From the NCBI GenBank assembly GCA_034669905.1, contig JAXMOL010000002.1:64001-128000 (forward strand): DNA of 64,000 nt, read 5' to 3'. Both the position numbers and the translations under genes were made by a program. Shown here piece by piece: positions 20,321 through 31,670 of the stretch. The DNA comes from Candidatus Hydrogenedentota bacterium. Its GTDB lineage: Bacteria > Hydrogenedentota > Hydrogenedentia > Hydrogenedentales > JAEUWI01. Numbering within the stretch: position 1 is the stretch's first letter; each line of letters starts with the position of its first letter. The notes beneath the pieces were generated by a model. It made no database searches. It had not been told where the DNA came from and was given only the letters and a program-made list of their open reading frames with translations.

Positions 20321-21766
20321 ATGGGATTTCGGATCATGAAAAGGGAGCGAATTCTTATTCTTTCGCTTTCGGCGGCCGTCGTAATCGTGTGTGCCGTCGT
20401 GGGCTACGGGTTTTACCTCGGCGAACAGACCCGGGCCCTCCGCGCCCACCATGCGCCACCCCCCGCAGTGGAGCGCTTCGCCCGAATTCAGGAAGCCCTT
20501 CAGTCCGAAACAACCGTGGTGACCATCGGGGATAACACACCGCCGCCTGCCCCCGATATAGCGACCCGGGAGCTTGTGGAAAGCGTAAAGACGGCGGAAG
20601 CCATACTCACCCGCGCTGAAACTATGTTTAGAGAGAACACCGCCTGGAACGAAGTCTACGACGACCTCTTCAGCCGACCCCAATCGACCTGGAGCAACGC
20701 CGATTGGGCACGTCTCAACCGGGTGTTGGGCGAGAACCGCGATGTTCTGGCGGAAGTCTATGCCCTCGCGAATGGCAGCGGCCCCCTCTACCCCCTGGAT
20801 TTTTCGCAGGGTTACAAGCTCCCCCTGCCCCATCTGAGTACCATTCGGGCAATGGCGCGCCTCCTCCAGGCCAGCGCCATTTCACGGGCCCATAGCGGCG
20901 ATGGGGCGGGCGCATCGGCCGACATCCTCGCGGGCGTACGCCTGGCCACGCGGCTGGAGGAGGAACCCCTCATCATCTCCCAGCTGGTACGGGTCGCCAT
21001 TGATGCCATCATGTATCAGGGCGTAGCCGAAGCCTTTCCCCCCGGGAAGGTCCCCCCCGAACTCCTGGCCCAACTTTCCGAACATTACGCTGCCCGCGAC
21101 CTGCCGGAAACACTGACCGCCATGTGGCAGATGGAAGGAAACATGGGCGTAGAGTTCATGTCGGGCATCATGAACGGCGACTGGCAATCGGGCCAGGCGC
21201 AATTGCAGGAGTTCTTTCCACACAGCGAGTTTCCCGGTGGTGATTGGGCCGCCACTGTCTACGCAAGTCCCTTCGCACGACCGTGGCAACACCTCGACAT
21301 GATCGCTTTCGGGCAAGCCATGGACGCCTTCGAACCGACCCTGGCCCTGCCCTTTTATGAGGCCCGGCCCATCATTGAAGAGATACAAGGGCATATTGAT
21401 AACCTGCCCCGAACCCGTGCGGTTACCCAGGGATTGGTCCCGGCCATGATGGCCATCCACCGCATGATGGCCCGCGCCCAAACCTACCAGCACCTCTTGT
21501 CCGTTGGAGCCGCTGTAGAGACTTACGGCAACCACAACGGCACCTACCCACCGAGCCTCAGTGACCTGCAGGGCGATACCAGCATCATCGATCCCCACAC
21601 GGGTGCTCCCTTTCAGTACCGCACTGACGGAGACACCTTCCAGCTCTACAGCGTTGGTCCCGATTTGGAAGATGACGGCGGTGAACACGATCTGCGACAG
21701 GGCGATATCGTATGGCGGGGCGTACGGAAACCCACGGGAGCCATGGGGACCGTCCCAACACGGTAA
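20321..21766 (+). CDS. Hypothetical membrane-anchored helical protein with a pseudopilin-like C-terminus
   Basis: N-terminal TM; C-terminal YPPSLSDL..DPHTG.PFQY..FQLYSVGPD..DDGG. Confidence 0.7.
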   Translation: MGFRIMKRERILILSLSAAVVIVCAVVGYGFYLGEQTRALRAHHAPPPAVERFARIQEALQSETTVVTIGDNTPPPAPDIATRELVESVKTAEAILTRAETMFRENTAWNEVYDDLFSRPQSTWSNADWARLNRVLGENRDVLAEVYALANGSGPLYPLDFSQGYKLPLPHLSTIRAMARLLQASAISRAHSGDGAGASADILAGVRLATRLEEEPLIISQLVRVAIDAIMYQGVAEAFPPGKVPPELLAQLSEHYAARDLPETLTAMWQMEGNMGVEFMSGIMNGDWQSGQAQLQEFFPHSEFPGGDWAATVYASPFARPWQHLDMIAFGQAMDAFEPTLALPFYEARPIIEEIQGHIDNLPRTRAVTQGLVPAMMAIHRMMARAQTYQHLLSVGAAVETYGNHNGTYPPSLSDLQGDTSIIDPHTGAPFQYRTDGDTFQLYSVGPDLEDDGGEHDLRQGDIVWRGVRKPTGAMGTVPTR

Positions 21767-22036
21767 TCCCAAACCGTTTATTCATATGGCCTTACGACAC
21801 ACAGCGGCCCAACGGGGCGCTTTATTGGCTTCGCAGCGATATCTTTTGCTTTACCGAATCGATTGCGTCATAATACGAGGATATTTGGTCTACAGGATTT
21901 GCGTGCTATACTCCTTGATTAGCGGGTTTCGCCTCTAATGCGGATGGAATTCGGTGGGGACAATCCGGCAGTAGCACCTCAATTGCGGCCGGTAGATCGA
22001 CGGGCACATACCATTTTCAAGTGATTATTCCTCCCT

Positions 22037-25000
22037 ATGAACGCTGACGCCGATCTCCTCATCAGCCTGGCCGGAATCCACGTGGGGCTTTTTCAATCCT
22101 CCAGCATTCCGGTGGGTGAACCGCACTTGATCGCCCCATTGCTCGCTGAGCGCTGCGAAGAGACCGCCCTCGCCCGCTTGCGGGAATCGACCCGCGCGCG
22201 GCTGGATGATCCCGCCTGCTCGCTGGAACACACCCTCACGGCCCTTATCGATGAGTTGGGCACCCTGAATTTCAACAGTTCCGCGGCCCCGACCCTGCCG
22301 GGTGCCCGGCCCCGTGGGATTGACAGTGCCTTCACGAGCGGTTCTATCTCCACCGAAGAACCCGGGCGCTATCGCTTCCCCAAGGAACATGCCCGGGGCG
22401 GCATGGGGCGCATTCTGGTGGTGCACGATGAATTCCTCGACCGCCGTATTGCCCTGAAGGAGCTTGTCCCCCAACGCTCGGAGATAACAGACGACTCCAC
22501 GATAAACGCGGCGGATCCGGCTTCGGATCCCACCAGCCAGCAGCACCGGGATCGCTTTCTCTACGAAGCCCGGATCACCGGCTACCTGGAGCACCCGTCC
22601 ATCGTGCCGGTATACGAACTGGGCCAACGGGCCAACGGCGCCCTGTATTACACCATGCGCCTGGTAAAAGGGCGGAGCCTGCGCGTTGCCATTAAAGAGG
22701 CCGCTACGACCGAGCAGCGCCTTCGCCTCTTGTCCCACTTCCTGGACCTCTGCCAGGCCATCGCCTTCGCCCATGATCGGGGGGTACTCCACCGGGACAT
22801 CAAGCCGGGCAATGTGATGGTGGGCGAATTCGGTGAGACGGTGGTCATCGACTGGGGCCTCGCTCGCCTGGTCCAGGAGGGTGAGCCTCCTGAAGATGCG
22901 CTGTTTGAGCCCGATGGTGGCTCCGAAGCGCTGGCCATCGGTACGCCGGCATACATGGCTCCCGAGCAGGCCGCCGGCGATCTCAACCGGGTCAACGCAC
23001 GCTGCGATGTCTATTCGCTGGGCTCCGTGTTGTACGAATTGCTCACGGGCCGTGCCCCCTACACGGACCGCACGTCTGCCTCCGTATTACGCAAGGTCTT
23101 GACCGGACCGCCGCCACCCGTTTCGGCGCTGGCCCCGGAAATCCCCGATCAACTGGCCGCCATCTGCGAACGCGCCATGGCCCGCGCTCCCGAAGCACGC
23201 TATGAAAGCGCCAAAGCCCTCGCCGACGACATCGAGCGCTTTCAGTCGGGCCACCTGGTCGGCGCCTACAATTACACGATCCGTGAACTGGTCACCTTTT
23301 TTGTCCGGCGTTTCAAGGGTCCCCTGATTGTCGGTGGGGTCGGCGTATTGGGCATTGGCGCCAGCCTCTTTCTGAGCTACGAGCGCATTCAGGCGGAACG
23401 GGACCGGGCCATCGCGGAGTCAGAACGGGCGGTTACGGCCGAAAAGATGGCCCGCGACGCCCAGAACTTTGCGGAGCAGGAGTTTTATTTCGCCGCGATT
23501 GCCAGCGCACGCAAGTACATCAGCGATGGCCGCTATGATCGTGCCATGCGCCAACTCGATGCGTGCCCACCCCGTTTCCGCCACTGGGAATGGGGCTATC
23601 TGCTCTATCTCTGCAACCAGGACCAGCAGACGCTGCAGGCCCACGAGCCCGAAACCCTCTGGTCGCTGGAATACCTTCCGGGCGGACAACAACTGGTCAG
23701 TTCCGGATTTGACAATGCCGCCCGCATCTGGCCGGAAAACGGCAACGAAGCGACCCAGACCTACACAAGCCCCCATGGTGCGGTCATTGAAGTCAGTCCC
23801 CACCCGACCGAGCCGATTATCGCCTGTGCGGAAGAAGAGGGCTATCTCACCTTCTACAACTATGAACAGGGCACCGTGGTCCATTCCCGCCAGTTCGCGG
23901 ACTCGGATGTGAATTGTGTCCAGTTCCACCCCGATGGCACCCGCTACCTGACGGGCGATGACGACGGAAACATACGCCTCTGGGATTACCCCGCCCACAC
24001 CGAACGCTATGCCGTCCCGGTCACGAAACCTGGTGTGGAGTGCCTCGCCTTTAACGCGGCGGGCGACCTCTTCGCCTCCTGCGACCGTACTACCCATGTT
24101 GAAATTCGGGAAACGGAAACGGGCGCGGTCCGTTTTACCCTGGCGGGTCACGAGGGGCGCAACACGTCGCTGGCTTTCAATCCCCAGGGCACCCTGTTTG
24201 CCAGCGCCAGCCGCGACGGCACCGCGCGGATCTGGGACCTGAAAACCGGGGCAACGGTTAAGGTCTTGACTGGACATGTATCCGCCGTGTGGGCCGCACG
24301 CTTTTCTCCCGACGGCTCCCACCTTGCCACCTGTGGATCCGACCTGACCGTCCGCGTCTGGGAGACGAAGGATTGGCAGGTAGAACGTATCTACCGCGGA
24401 CATCAACGGCAGGTCGACGCCCTGGCCTACAGCCCCGACGGGCGCACGCTTCGCTCGGGAGATGATGTAGGCACGATGAAGCAGTGGGATACCGTCTTCC
24501 CTGGCCCCCACGCCGACATGTGGGAGCTCCGAGGGCACACCGGCACCATCAATCATGTCGCCTACAGCCCGGATGGCAGCGTGCTGGTGTCTGCGGCCGG
24601 AGACTGGAAAACCAGCGATGACACCACCGCCCGGGTCTGGGATGCCGAAACGGGCACCCTCCTGAATACGCTGGAGGGCCACCAGGCGTCCGTTCGCCAC
24701 GTATCCTTTCAACCCACGGAATCCGTGCTGGCCACCTCCAGCCACGACAAGACCGTCCGTATCTGGCAAGGCCCGGACTGGGCAACCTCCCATGTGCTTG
24801 GCCCCTTTATCGCCGAAGTAAATGTGACCGCCTTTTCAACCGCCTCCCCCGACGTTATCGCGGTCGGCCTCCGGGATGGTCAACTCCGCCTCGTCAACTG
24901 GCGCGACGGCACCATCCTCCATGAATGGATGGCCCACCAAAAAGAAGTCCTGGATTTGGCCTTCAGCCCCGATGGCGCCGTGCTGGTATCCAGTAGCGCG

Positions 25001-25495
25001 GATGAGACTGTCCACATATCCGACGCACACTCGGGGGAACTGCTCCACACCATCGCAGGACATGCCTCCCGAATCCCGGCAGTTGCCTTCTCCCCCGACG
25101 GAACGCTATTGGCCACAGGCGGACACGACTGGCGTATCAACCTCTGGGAAACGACGTCGTGGTCCCAGGTCGCTTCGATGGAGGGCCACACCCAGGGGAT
25201 TTATACGCTCAGTTTCAGCAATGACGGCCGACGCCTCCTCTCGTGCAGCAGCGATGGCTCCTCCATCCTGTGGGATATGGAAACCCATCGCGACGTGCTG
25301 ACCATTCTGGGAAGAGTCGGTGCCCTGCGTCCCGGGAGTCGGGATTTGGCCACCGGGATGCCGGACGGTACGACGTATATTTGGCCGTCTCTTCCCTGGG
25401 ATGCGACAACCTATGCCGACGACTCGGGGGCCCCGCTCCACCTGCGGTGCGAAGCCGAGAAACAACGTTTCTGGAAGGCCCGCAACCCCCACTGA
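22037..25495 (+). CDS. Ser/Thr protein kinase with WD40 repeats
   Basis: RGGMG, HRDIKPGN, DWG and GTPAYMAPE motifs; many GH...FSPDG...WD repeats. Confidence 0.93.
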   Translation: MNADADLLISLAGIHVGLFQSSSIPVGEPHLIAPLLAERCEETALARLRESTRARLDDPACSLEHTLTALIDELGTLNFNSSAAPTLPGARPRGIDSAFTSGSISTEEPGRYRFPKEHARGGMGRILVVHDEFLDRRIALKELVPQRSEITDDSTINAADPASDPTSQQHRDRFLYEARITGYLEHPSIVPVYELGQRANGALYYTMRLVKGRSLRVAIKEAATTEQRLRLLSHFLDLCQAIAFAHDRGVLHRDIKPGNVMVGEFGETVVIDWGLARLVQEGEPPEDALFEPDGGSEALAIGTPAYMAPEQAAGDLNRVNARCDVYSLGSVLYELLTGRAPYTDRTSASVLRKVLTGPPPPVSALAPEIPDQLAAICERAMARAPEARYESAKALADDIERFQSGHLVGAYNYTIRELVTFFVRRFKGPLIVGGVGVLGIGASLFLSYERIQAERDRAIAESERAVTAEKMARDAQNFAEQEFYFAAIASARKYISDGRYDRAMRQLDACPPRFRHWEWGYLLYLCNQDQQTLQAHEPETLWSLEYLPGGQQLVSSGFDNAARIWPENGNEATQTYTSPHGAVIEVSPHPTEPIIACAEEEGYLTFYNYEQGTVVHSRQFADSDVNCVQFHPDGTRYLTGDDDGNIRLWDYPAHTERYAVPVTKPGVECLAFNAAGDLFASCDRTTHVEIRETETGAVRFTLAGHEGRNTSLAFNPQGTLFASASRDGTARIWDLKTGATVKVLTGHVSAVWAARFSPDGSHLATCGSDLTVRVWETKDWQVERIYRGHQRQVDALAYSPDGRTLRSGDDVGTMKQWDTVFPGPHADMWELRGHTGTINHVAYSPDGSVLVSAAGDWKTSDDTTARVWDAETGTLLNTLEGHQASVRHVSFQPTESVLATSSHDKTVRIWQGPDWATSHVLGPFIAEVNVTAFSTASPDVIAVGLRDGQLRLVNWRDGTILHEWMAHQKEVLDLAFSPDGAVLVSSSADETVHISDAHSGELLHTIAGHASRIPAVAFSPDGTLLATGGHDWRINLWETTSWSQVASMEGHTQGIYTLSFSNDGRRLLSCSSDGSSILWDMETHRDVLTILGRVGALRPGSRDLATGMPDGTTYIWPSLPWDATTYADDSGAPLHLRCEAEKQRFWKARNPH

Positions 25496-25559
25496 TACCC
25501 AAAGAAAACGGGCAGTCCACGCGTTTTGCATGAACTGCCCGAGAGGGGATTGCGAAGGC

Positions 25560-26981
25560 CTATTTTTTCTTTGGCCGGTAGATATGGGTAGCGGTTCCGA
25601 ATACCGACGCCGCTGCTTCCATCACCGATTCACTGAGGGTCGGGTGGGGGTGGATGGTCAGATCGAGGTCGCTGACCAGGGCGCCCATTTCAATGGCCAA
25701 GGTGCCCTCGGCGATCAGCTCGCCAGCACCTGCGCCCACAATTCCCATGCCCAGCAGTTGCTCGGTCTCGGGGTCGGATATGATCTTGGTCATCCCTTCC
25801 GTGCGGTTGATGGTCGTCGCACGTCCGGAAGCGGCCCAGGGGAAACGCGCCACGTTGATCGCGCGCCCTTCCTGCTTCGCTTCCTCTTCCGTCAGACCAC
25901 ACCAGGCCACTTCGGGGTCGGTGAAGACCACCGCAGGAATCGCCTGGGGCTCGAACGCGGCATTGTGTCCGGCGATTACTTCGGCCGCCACACGCCCTTC
26001 AGCAGAGGCTTTGTGCGCGAGCATGGCGCCGCCCACGATATCGCCGATTGCGAAGATATGCTCATCGGCCGTGCGCATCTGTTCGTCGACTTCAATGAAG
26101 CCCCGGTCATTGACGACCACGCCCGTGCTCTTCAGGCCCAGGCCGCTGGAGTTGGGCTTCCGGCCGATGCTGACCAGCACCTTGTCAAAGACGCGGTTGG
26201 GCTTCTTGATGCCTTCGCCTTCGAGGGTCACTTTGATGCCATTCTTCTGCTCTTTCATTTCCGCAATCTTGGTATTGAGCAGGATCTCTTTGAACTGGCC
26301 TTCCAGCCGGGCCTGCAGGGGCTTGACCAAATCGCGGTCTGCACCGGGCAGCAAGCCGGGCATCATTTCCACACAGGTCACTTCCGAGCCCAACGCGGCG
26401 TAGACGGTGCCCAATTCCAGGCCGATGTAGCCACCGCCCACGAGAAGGAGCGTTTCGGGGATGTCTTCCAACAGCAAGGCACCCGTGGAATTCATGATAC
26501 GGTCGGTTTCGATCAAGGGACCAAATCGGGCAGGACGGGAACCGGCAGCGATGATGGTGTATTCGGCACTGAGCTTTACCTGCTTGCCGTCGGCCTGCGT
26601 CACGACCAGGTTGGTCGAGTTTACAAAGTTGCCGCGGCCCTGGATGTAGTTGATTTTACGCGCACTTACCAACTGGCCGAGGCCACCGGTCATCTGCTCG
26701 ACCACGCCGGCCGTCGAGGCACGCACGCGGTCCAGATCAATTTCGGGCTCGCCATAGTTAAGGCCGAAATAGGAGGCCTCGCGGGATTCGTTAATGACCT
26801 TGGCCACATGCAAGAGGGCCTTGGAAGGAATGCACCCGCGGTAGAGGCAGGTGCCGCCGGGGTTCTGTTCTACATCGATCAGGGTGACATCCAGCCCCAG
26901 GTCTGCGGCCATAAAGGCGGCCGCATAGCCACCGGGACCACCGCCCAATACGGCGACTTGCGTGCTCTGATTGCTACTCAT
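25560..26981 (-). CDS. lpdA: Dihydrolipoyl dehydrogenase
   Basis: GGGPGGY, GGTCLYRGCIPSK and HPHPTLSE motifs. Confidence 0.97.
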   Translation of the reverse strand: MSSNQSTQVAVLGGGPGGYAAAFMAADLGLDVTLIDVEQNPGGTCLYRGCIPSKALLHVAKVINESREASYFGLNYGEPEIDLDRVRASTAGVVEQMTGGLGQLVSARKINYIQGRGNFVNSTNLVVTQADGKQVKLSAEYTIIAAGSRPARFGPLIETDRIMNSTGALLLEDIPETLLLVGGGYIGLELGTVYAALGSEVTCVEMMPGLLPGADRDLVKPLQARLEGQFKEILLNTKIAEMKEQKNGIKVTLEGEGIKKPNRVFDKVLVSIGRKPNSSGLGLKSTGVVVNDRGFIEVDEQMRTADEHIFAIGDIVGGAMLAHKASAEGRVAAEVIAGHNAAFEPQAIPAVVFTDPEVAWCGLTEEEAKQEGRAINVARFPWAASGRATTINRTEGMTKIISDPETEQLLGMGIVGAGAGELIAEGTLAIEMGALVSDLDLTIHPHPTLSESVMEAAASVFGTATHIYRPKKK

Positions 26982-27036
26982 GATTTATCCTCTTCCCCCG
27001 TTGGGGTTATGTTTTCTGCTGCTCCACCAGGGGCTA

Positions 27037-28383
27037 TCAGGATTCCAGAATCAACTTCCAGGGATTTTCCAGGGCTTCGGCGACCCAGCGCATGAAGCGG
27101 GCCGCATCGGCACCGTCAATCAGACGGTGGTCATAGGAAAGACTCAGGGGAAGCATCGTCCGGGGAACAAGCTGTCCATTCTGGAAGACCCCTTCCACGG
27201 CCGAGCGGGAAACCCCGAGGATGGCGACTTCCGGCGAGTTGATGATAGGCGTGAAGCCCGTGCCGCCCAGGCCACCAAGGTTACTGATGGTGAACGTCGT
27301 TCCCGACATATCTTCCAGGGTCAGCTTGCGATCCCGCGCCTTCTTGGCAATACCGGGGAGCTCCAAGGCCAACTCCTGTAGGCTCTTCTTGTCCACGTCG
27401 CGAATGGCGGGTACCAACAGACCGGCGGGTGTATCCACCGCCACACCGATGTTGTAGTACTGCTTCAAGATGACCTGTTCGTTTTCCAGGTCGATGCTTG
27501 CGTTGAATTTCGGGAAGCGACGCAGCGCTTCGGTGATGACCTTCATCAAGAAAACCGTCACCGTCAGGCTGCCGCCCTCGGCCTTGATGGCCGGCGCATA
27601 TTGCTTGCGGACCTGTTCCAGCGCCGTAATGTCGGCTTTTTCAAAGTGAGTCACATGGGGAATGGTCGTCCAGCAGTGGGTCATGTGGGCGGCCGTTTTC
27701 TTGCGCACGCCACTCATGCCGTCGCGGACAATTTTGCCCCAGCGGTCGTCTTCCATGGCACCGGCCACAGCAGGCGCGGCGGAGGTCACGGGGACGGGGG
27801 CCGTGGTGGCCGCCGGAGCGGCGGAAGTCGATTCGCTGGCCGGAGGCGGGGTGGCACCACTGGAGGAAGCGAAGGCCTCCACATCCTGGGCCGTAACCCG
27901 GCCACTGGGATCCGACGTGGGCACATCGGTCAGCTGTACGCCCAGGTTCCGCGCAAGTTTACGCACCGACGGCGAGGCCAGTACGCGCCCACCGACGGCG
28001 GGCTTCGCGGCGGCGGCTTTGGGTGCGGGTTTCGCGGGCGCCGGTGCCGCTTTGGCGGCAGGCGCGGGCTTCGCGGCGGCTTTGGGTGCCGGTTCGGGTT
28101 TCTCTTCCGGTGCGGCGGCCGGCTTTTCAGCCGCCCCACCCCCGGCGGATTCGTCGGCGACCAGAATCACCTGGCCCACACTCACAGAATCACCCACCTT
28201 GACGCGGATTTCTGTGATTTTGCCACCAAAGGGAATGGGGATTTCCGCCACGGCTTTGTCGGTTTCAATTTCGATGATGGACGTGTCGGCCGCCACCGTG
28301 TCACCCACCGAAGCCAGGAGGGTCGCTACCGTGCCCGAGGTAACGCCCTCGCCCAATTCAGGCAATTTGAATTCTGTCGCCAT
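27037..28383 (-). CDS. aceF: Pyruvate dehydrogenase E2 dihydrolipoamide acetyltransferase
   Basis: Lipoyl IETDKA, Ala/Pro linker, ASPSVRKLAR and DHRLIDG motifs. Confidence 0.93.
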   Translation of the reverse strand: MATEFKLPELGEGVTSGTVATLLASVGDTVAADTSIIEIETDKAVAEIPIPFGGKITEIRVKVGDSVSVGQVILVADESAGGGAAEKPAAAPEEKPEPAPKAAAKPAPAAKAAPAPAKPAPKAAAAKPAVGGRVLASPSVRKLARNLGVQLTDVPTSDPSGRVTAQDVEAFASSSGATPPPASESTSAAPAATTAPVPVTSAAPAVAGAMEDDRWGKIVRDGMSGVRKKTAAHMTHCWTTIPHVTHFEKADITALEQVRKQYAPAIKAEGGSLTVTVFLMKVITEALRRFPKFNASIDLENEQVILKQYYNIGVAVDTPAGLLVPAIRDVDKKSLQELALELPGIAKKARDRKLTLEDMSGTTFTISNLGGLGGTGFTPIINSPEVAILGVSRSAVEGVFQNGQLVPRTMLPLSLSYDHRLIDGADAARFMRWVAEALENPWKLILES

Positions 28384-28592
28384 TAATCTCTCGTCCTGCG
28401 TGGTTCCGAACCATCCCGATAAAACACCGCACAAGATGCTGCATCAGATGGTCCGCTGACCTCGGTTTCGCGCGCGATTCCACCGCCCTGGGGGACGGAG
28501 CATTCACGGTGATGTACAGTGTATAAATGCAGCGACACGCATTTCGTGTCGCTGCGCAATGAATCAATCAGGCCGTTGGCCCGGCATGGCCA

Positions 28593-31262
28593 TCAGGCAG
28601 AAGCCGGGTCGGGCTTGTTGGTTGCAATCTTCATATCTTTCATGGCCTTTTTGACCACGTCGATTTTTATCTTGCCTTCGCGGGCCAGGGAATTCAGCGT
28701 CGCCAGCACGATGAAACGGGCATCCACTTCAAAGTGGTCGCGGAGGGCCTCGCGGGTTTCACTCCGGCCAAAGCCATCGGTGCCCAGGCTCTCGATGCCC
28801 TGGGGTATCCACTTGAGCAGGCTGTCGGGCAGGATCTTCATGTAATCCGATGCGGCGACCACCACGCCCTCTTCGTTGGCCAGGCACTTGGTCACATAGG
28901 GCACGCGGGGCTTGGAACCAGGGTGAATGCGGTTCCAACGTTCCACGGCCAGGCCGTCGCGGCGAAGTTCGCCGTAGCTGGTCACACTCCACACATCCGA
29001 GGCGACTTTGTACTTCGTCTCGAGGATATCAGCCGCCTTGAGCACTTCGTTCATGATAGCACCACTGCCGAGCAGTTGGGCCTTGAGCTTGGCGCCCTTC
29101 TCTTGGGACGCGCGGAATTTGTACATCCCCTTGAGGATGCCATCACGGACCGTCTTGCCCTTGGGCATGGCGGGCATGGCGTAGTTTTCGTTTTCGACGG
29201 TGAGGTAGTAGAAGACACTCTCGCCGTTTTCATACATCCGACGGATACCGTCCTGCACGATGACGGCCAGCTCATAGGCGAAGGCCGGGTCGTAGCAGAG
29301 CATGTTGGGTACCGTGCTGCCGAGGACCAGGCTGTGCCCGTCCTGGTGCTGGAGCCCTTCGCCGTTCAGCGTGGTCCGACCGGCCGTGCCGCCGACAAGG
29401 AAGCCCTTGCAGCGGATGTCGCCCGCAAGCCAGACCAAATCGCCAATACGCTGCATGCCAAACATGGAGTAGAAGACATAGAAGGGAATGGTGTTAATGC
29501 CGTGGGTGGCATAGGCCGTACCGGCCGCCAGGAAGGACGCCATGGAACCGGCTTCGTTAATGCCTTCTTCCAGGATTTGGCCGTCTGTCGCTTCACGGTA
29601 ATAGAGCAGGTTGTCCGAGTCCACCGGCTCATAGAGCTGGCCCTTGGAGGAGTAAATACCCACCTGACGGAAGAGGCCATCCATACCGAAAGTACGGGCC
29701 TCGTCGGGCACGATGGGCACAATCAAATCGCCGAGCTTTTTATCGCGGAGCAGCTTGGACATAATCCGCACCAGGACCATGGTGGTCGAAACGGCGCGGT
29801 CGTTGCCCGAGAAGAACTCTTTGATGAGCTCGTCGCTCGGCGCCTTGATGGCAGGTGCTTTCACCTCGCGACGGGGAAGGTACCCCCCCAATTCGGCGCG
29901 ACGGGCCTGCAGATACTGCATTTCTGCCGTTTCCGCATCGGGTTTATAGAACGGCGCATAGGCCACTTCATCGTCGGTAATGGGAATGCCAAAGTTGCCA
30001 CGGAATTCACGCAGCTCGTCTTCGTTCATCTTTTTCTGCTGGTGGGTAATGTTCTTACCTTCACCCGCTTCCCCAAGACCATAACCCTTGACCGTCTTCG
30101 CCAGGATTACCGTGGGCCGCCCTTCGGTTTCTACGGCTTTCTTATAGGCCGCATAGACCTTGATCGGATCGTGGCCACCCCGTTTGATCTTTCGGAGTTG
30201 CTCGTCGCTCAGCGTATCGAGCAGGGGCTTGAGCTCAGGGTCCCGTTCCAGGAACCACTTGCGGATATAGTCGCCCGATTCCACGGTAAATTTCTGATAG
30301 TCCCCGTCTACGGCATTTTCCAACACCTGGATCAGGCGGCCGCCATATTCGGATTCAAAGACGGCATCCCATTCGCTGCCCCAGATCACCTTGATCACGT
30401 TCCAGCCGGCACCGCGGAAGATACGTTCCAGTTCCTGGATGATCTTGCCGTTACCACGCACCGGACCGTCCAAACGCTGGAGGTTACAGTTGATGACGAA
30501 GATCAGGTTGTCGAGGTTTTCCCGCACGGCCAGGCCGATAGCACCCAGCGTTTCGGGCTCGTCGCATTCGCCGTCGCCCAGGAAGGCCCACACGTGACCA
30601 CCGTTGTCGGGTTTAAGGCCCCGGTGCTCCAGGTAGCGGTTAAACCACGCCTGGTAAATGGCCATGATGGGACCGAGCCCCATGGACACAGTGGGAAACT
30701 GCCAGAACTCAGGCATGAGCCAGGGGTGGGGGTAGGAGGAAAGCCCGCCGCCCTTCGCCAGCTCACGGCGGAAATTCTTCAGGTCTTTTTCCGTCAGGCG
30801 CCCTTCCACAAAGGCACGGGCATAGATACCGGGGGAGGCGTGACCCTGGAAATAAATCTGGTCGCCGCCATGGTCCTCGGTACGCCCATGGAAAAAGTGG
30901 TTGAAGCCCACTTCATACAGGTTGGCGGAAGAGGCATAGGTCGAGATGTGACCGCCCACACCATCGCTTTCGCGGTTGGCACGGACCACCATCGCCATGG
31001 CATTCCAGCGGATGGTCGACTTATTCAGTCGCTCCAACTCACGGTCACCCGGGTACTCGGGCTCTTCATCCACCGGGATGGTGTTGATGTAGGGCGTGTT
31101 GGCCGTAAAGGGAAGACGGACACCCCGCTCGTACGCCCGGTCAGAAAGGCGATCCAACAGCTCACGCCCGATGTGTACGCCCCCTTCATCCACCAATGCG
31201 TCGAGGGCCTCCAGCCATTCCTGGACTACTTCTTCATCCAAAGATTCGGGTTCAGTACTCAC
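28593..31262 (-). CDS. aceE: Pyruvate dehydrogenase E1, homodimeric type
   Basis: GGHISTYAS, FPTVSMGLG, GDGECDE and GEGLQHQDG motifs. Confidence 0.97.
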   Translation of the reverse strand: MSTEPESLDEEVVQEWLEALDALVDEGGVHIGRELLDRLSDRAYERGVRLPFTANTPYINTIPVDEEPEYPGDRELERLNKSTIRWNAMAMVVRANRESDGVGGHISTYASSANLYEVGFNHFFHGRTEDHGGDQIYFQGHASPGIYARAFVEGRLTEKDLKNFRRELAKGGGLSSYPHPWLMPEFWQFPTVSMGLGPIMAIYQAWFNRYLEHRGLKPDNGGHVWAFLGDGECDEPETLGAIGLAVRENLDNLIFVINCNLQRLDGPVRGNGKIIQELERIFRGAGWNVIKVIWGSEWDAVFESEYGGRLIQVLENAVDGDYQKFTVESGDYIRKWFLERDPELKPLLDTLSDEQLRKIKRGGHDPIKVYAAYKKAVETEGRPTVILAKTVKGYGLGEAGEGKNITHQQKKMNEDELREFRGNFGIPITDDEVAYAPFYKPDAETAEMQYLQARRAELGGYLPRREVKAPAIKAPSDELIKEFFSGNDRAVSTTMVLVRIMSKLLRDKKLGDLIVPIVPDEARTFGMDGLFRQVGIYSSKGQLYEPVDSDNLLYYREATDGQILEEGINEAGSMASFLAAGTAYATHGINTIPFYVFYSMFGMQRIGDLVWLAGDIRCKGFLVGGTAGRTTLNGEGLQHQDGHSLVLGSTVPNMLCYDPAFAYELAVIVQDGIRRMYENGESVFYYLTVENENYAMPAMPKGKTVRDGILKGMYKFRASQEKGAKLKAQLLGSGAIMNEVLKAADILETKYKVASDVWSVTSYGELRRDGLAVERWNRIHPGSKPRVPYVTKCLANEEGVVVAASDYMKILPDSLLKWIPQGIESLGTDGFGRSETREALRDHFEVDARFIVLATLNSLAREGKIKIDVVKKAMKDMKIATNKPDPASA

Positions 31263-31580
31263 CAGGGACCTTCATCCTTTCCACTGAATCGGGCACGCAT
31301 GGACGTGCCGCGAAAGATATTGAATTGCAGATTCCGGAAACTCAATCTGTTCCATACCCGGCAGGCACCGAGTGACATGGTATTGTAAGCCACGCACCCC
31401 GCTTACATCAAGGTTAGACCGCCCGCGCTACGCTATCAATAGCGCTTCCAAGCCTTTAGCCCACCTTCGGGACCACGCCTCCCGCCCCGATTTCTCCCCC
31501 AACGGGCCCCGAAAATGGCCCGAGGATTAATGGAATTGCGCCCAAAACGCAGCGATTGTACGGAATAACGCACGCCCCCA

Positions 31581-31596
31581 TGGCATGATTCCTGCA
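31581..31596 (+). promoter_or_regulatory. Possible sigma54 promoter
   Basis: TGGCAT-GATTC-CTGCA upstream of the PRC-barrel gene. Confidence 0.45.
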
Positions 31597-31670
31597 CCAC
31601 AACAGCCAGCACAACGACTCCCCTTGAAACGCGGTCTGAGTCCCCGCACAACCACAGAGGAGTGCCTGTC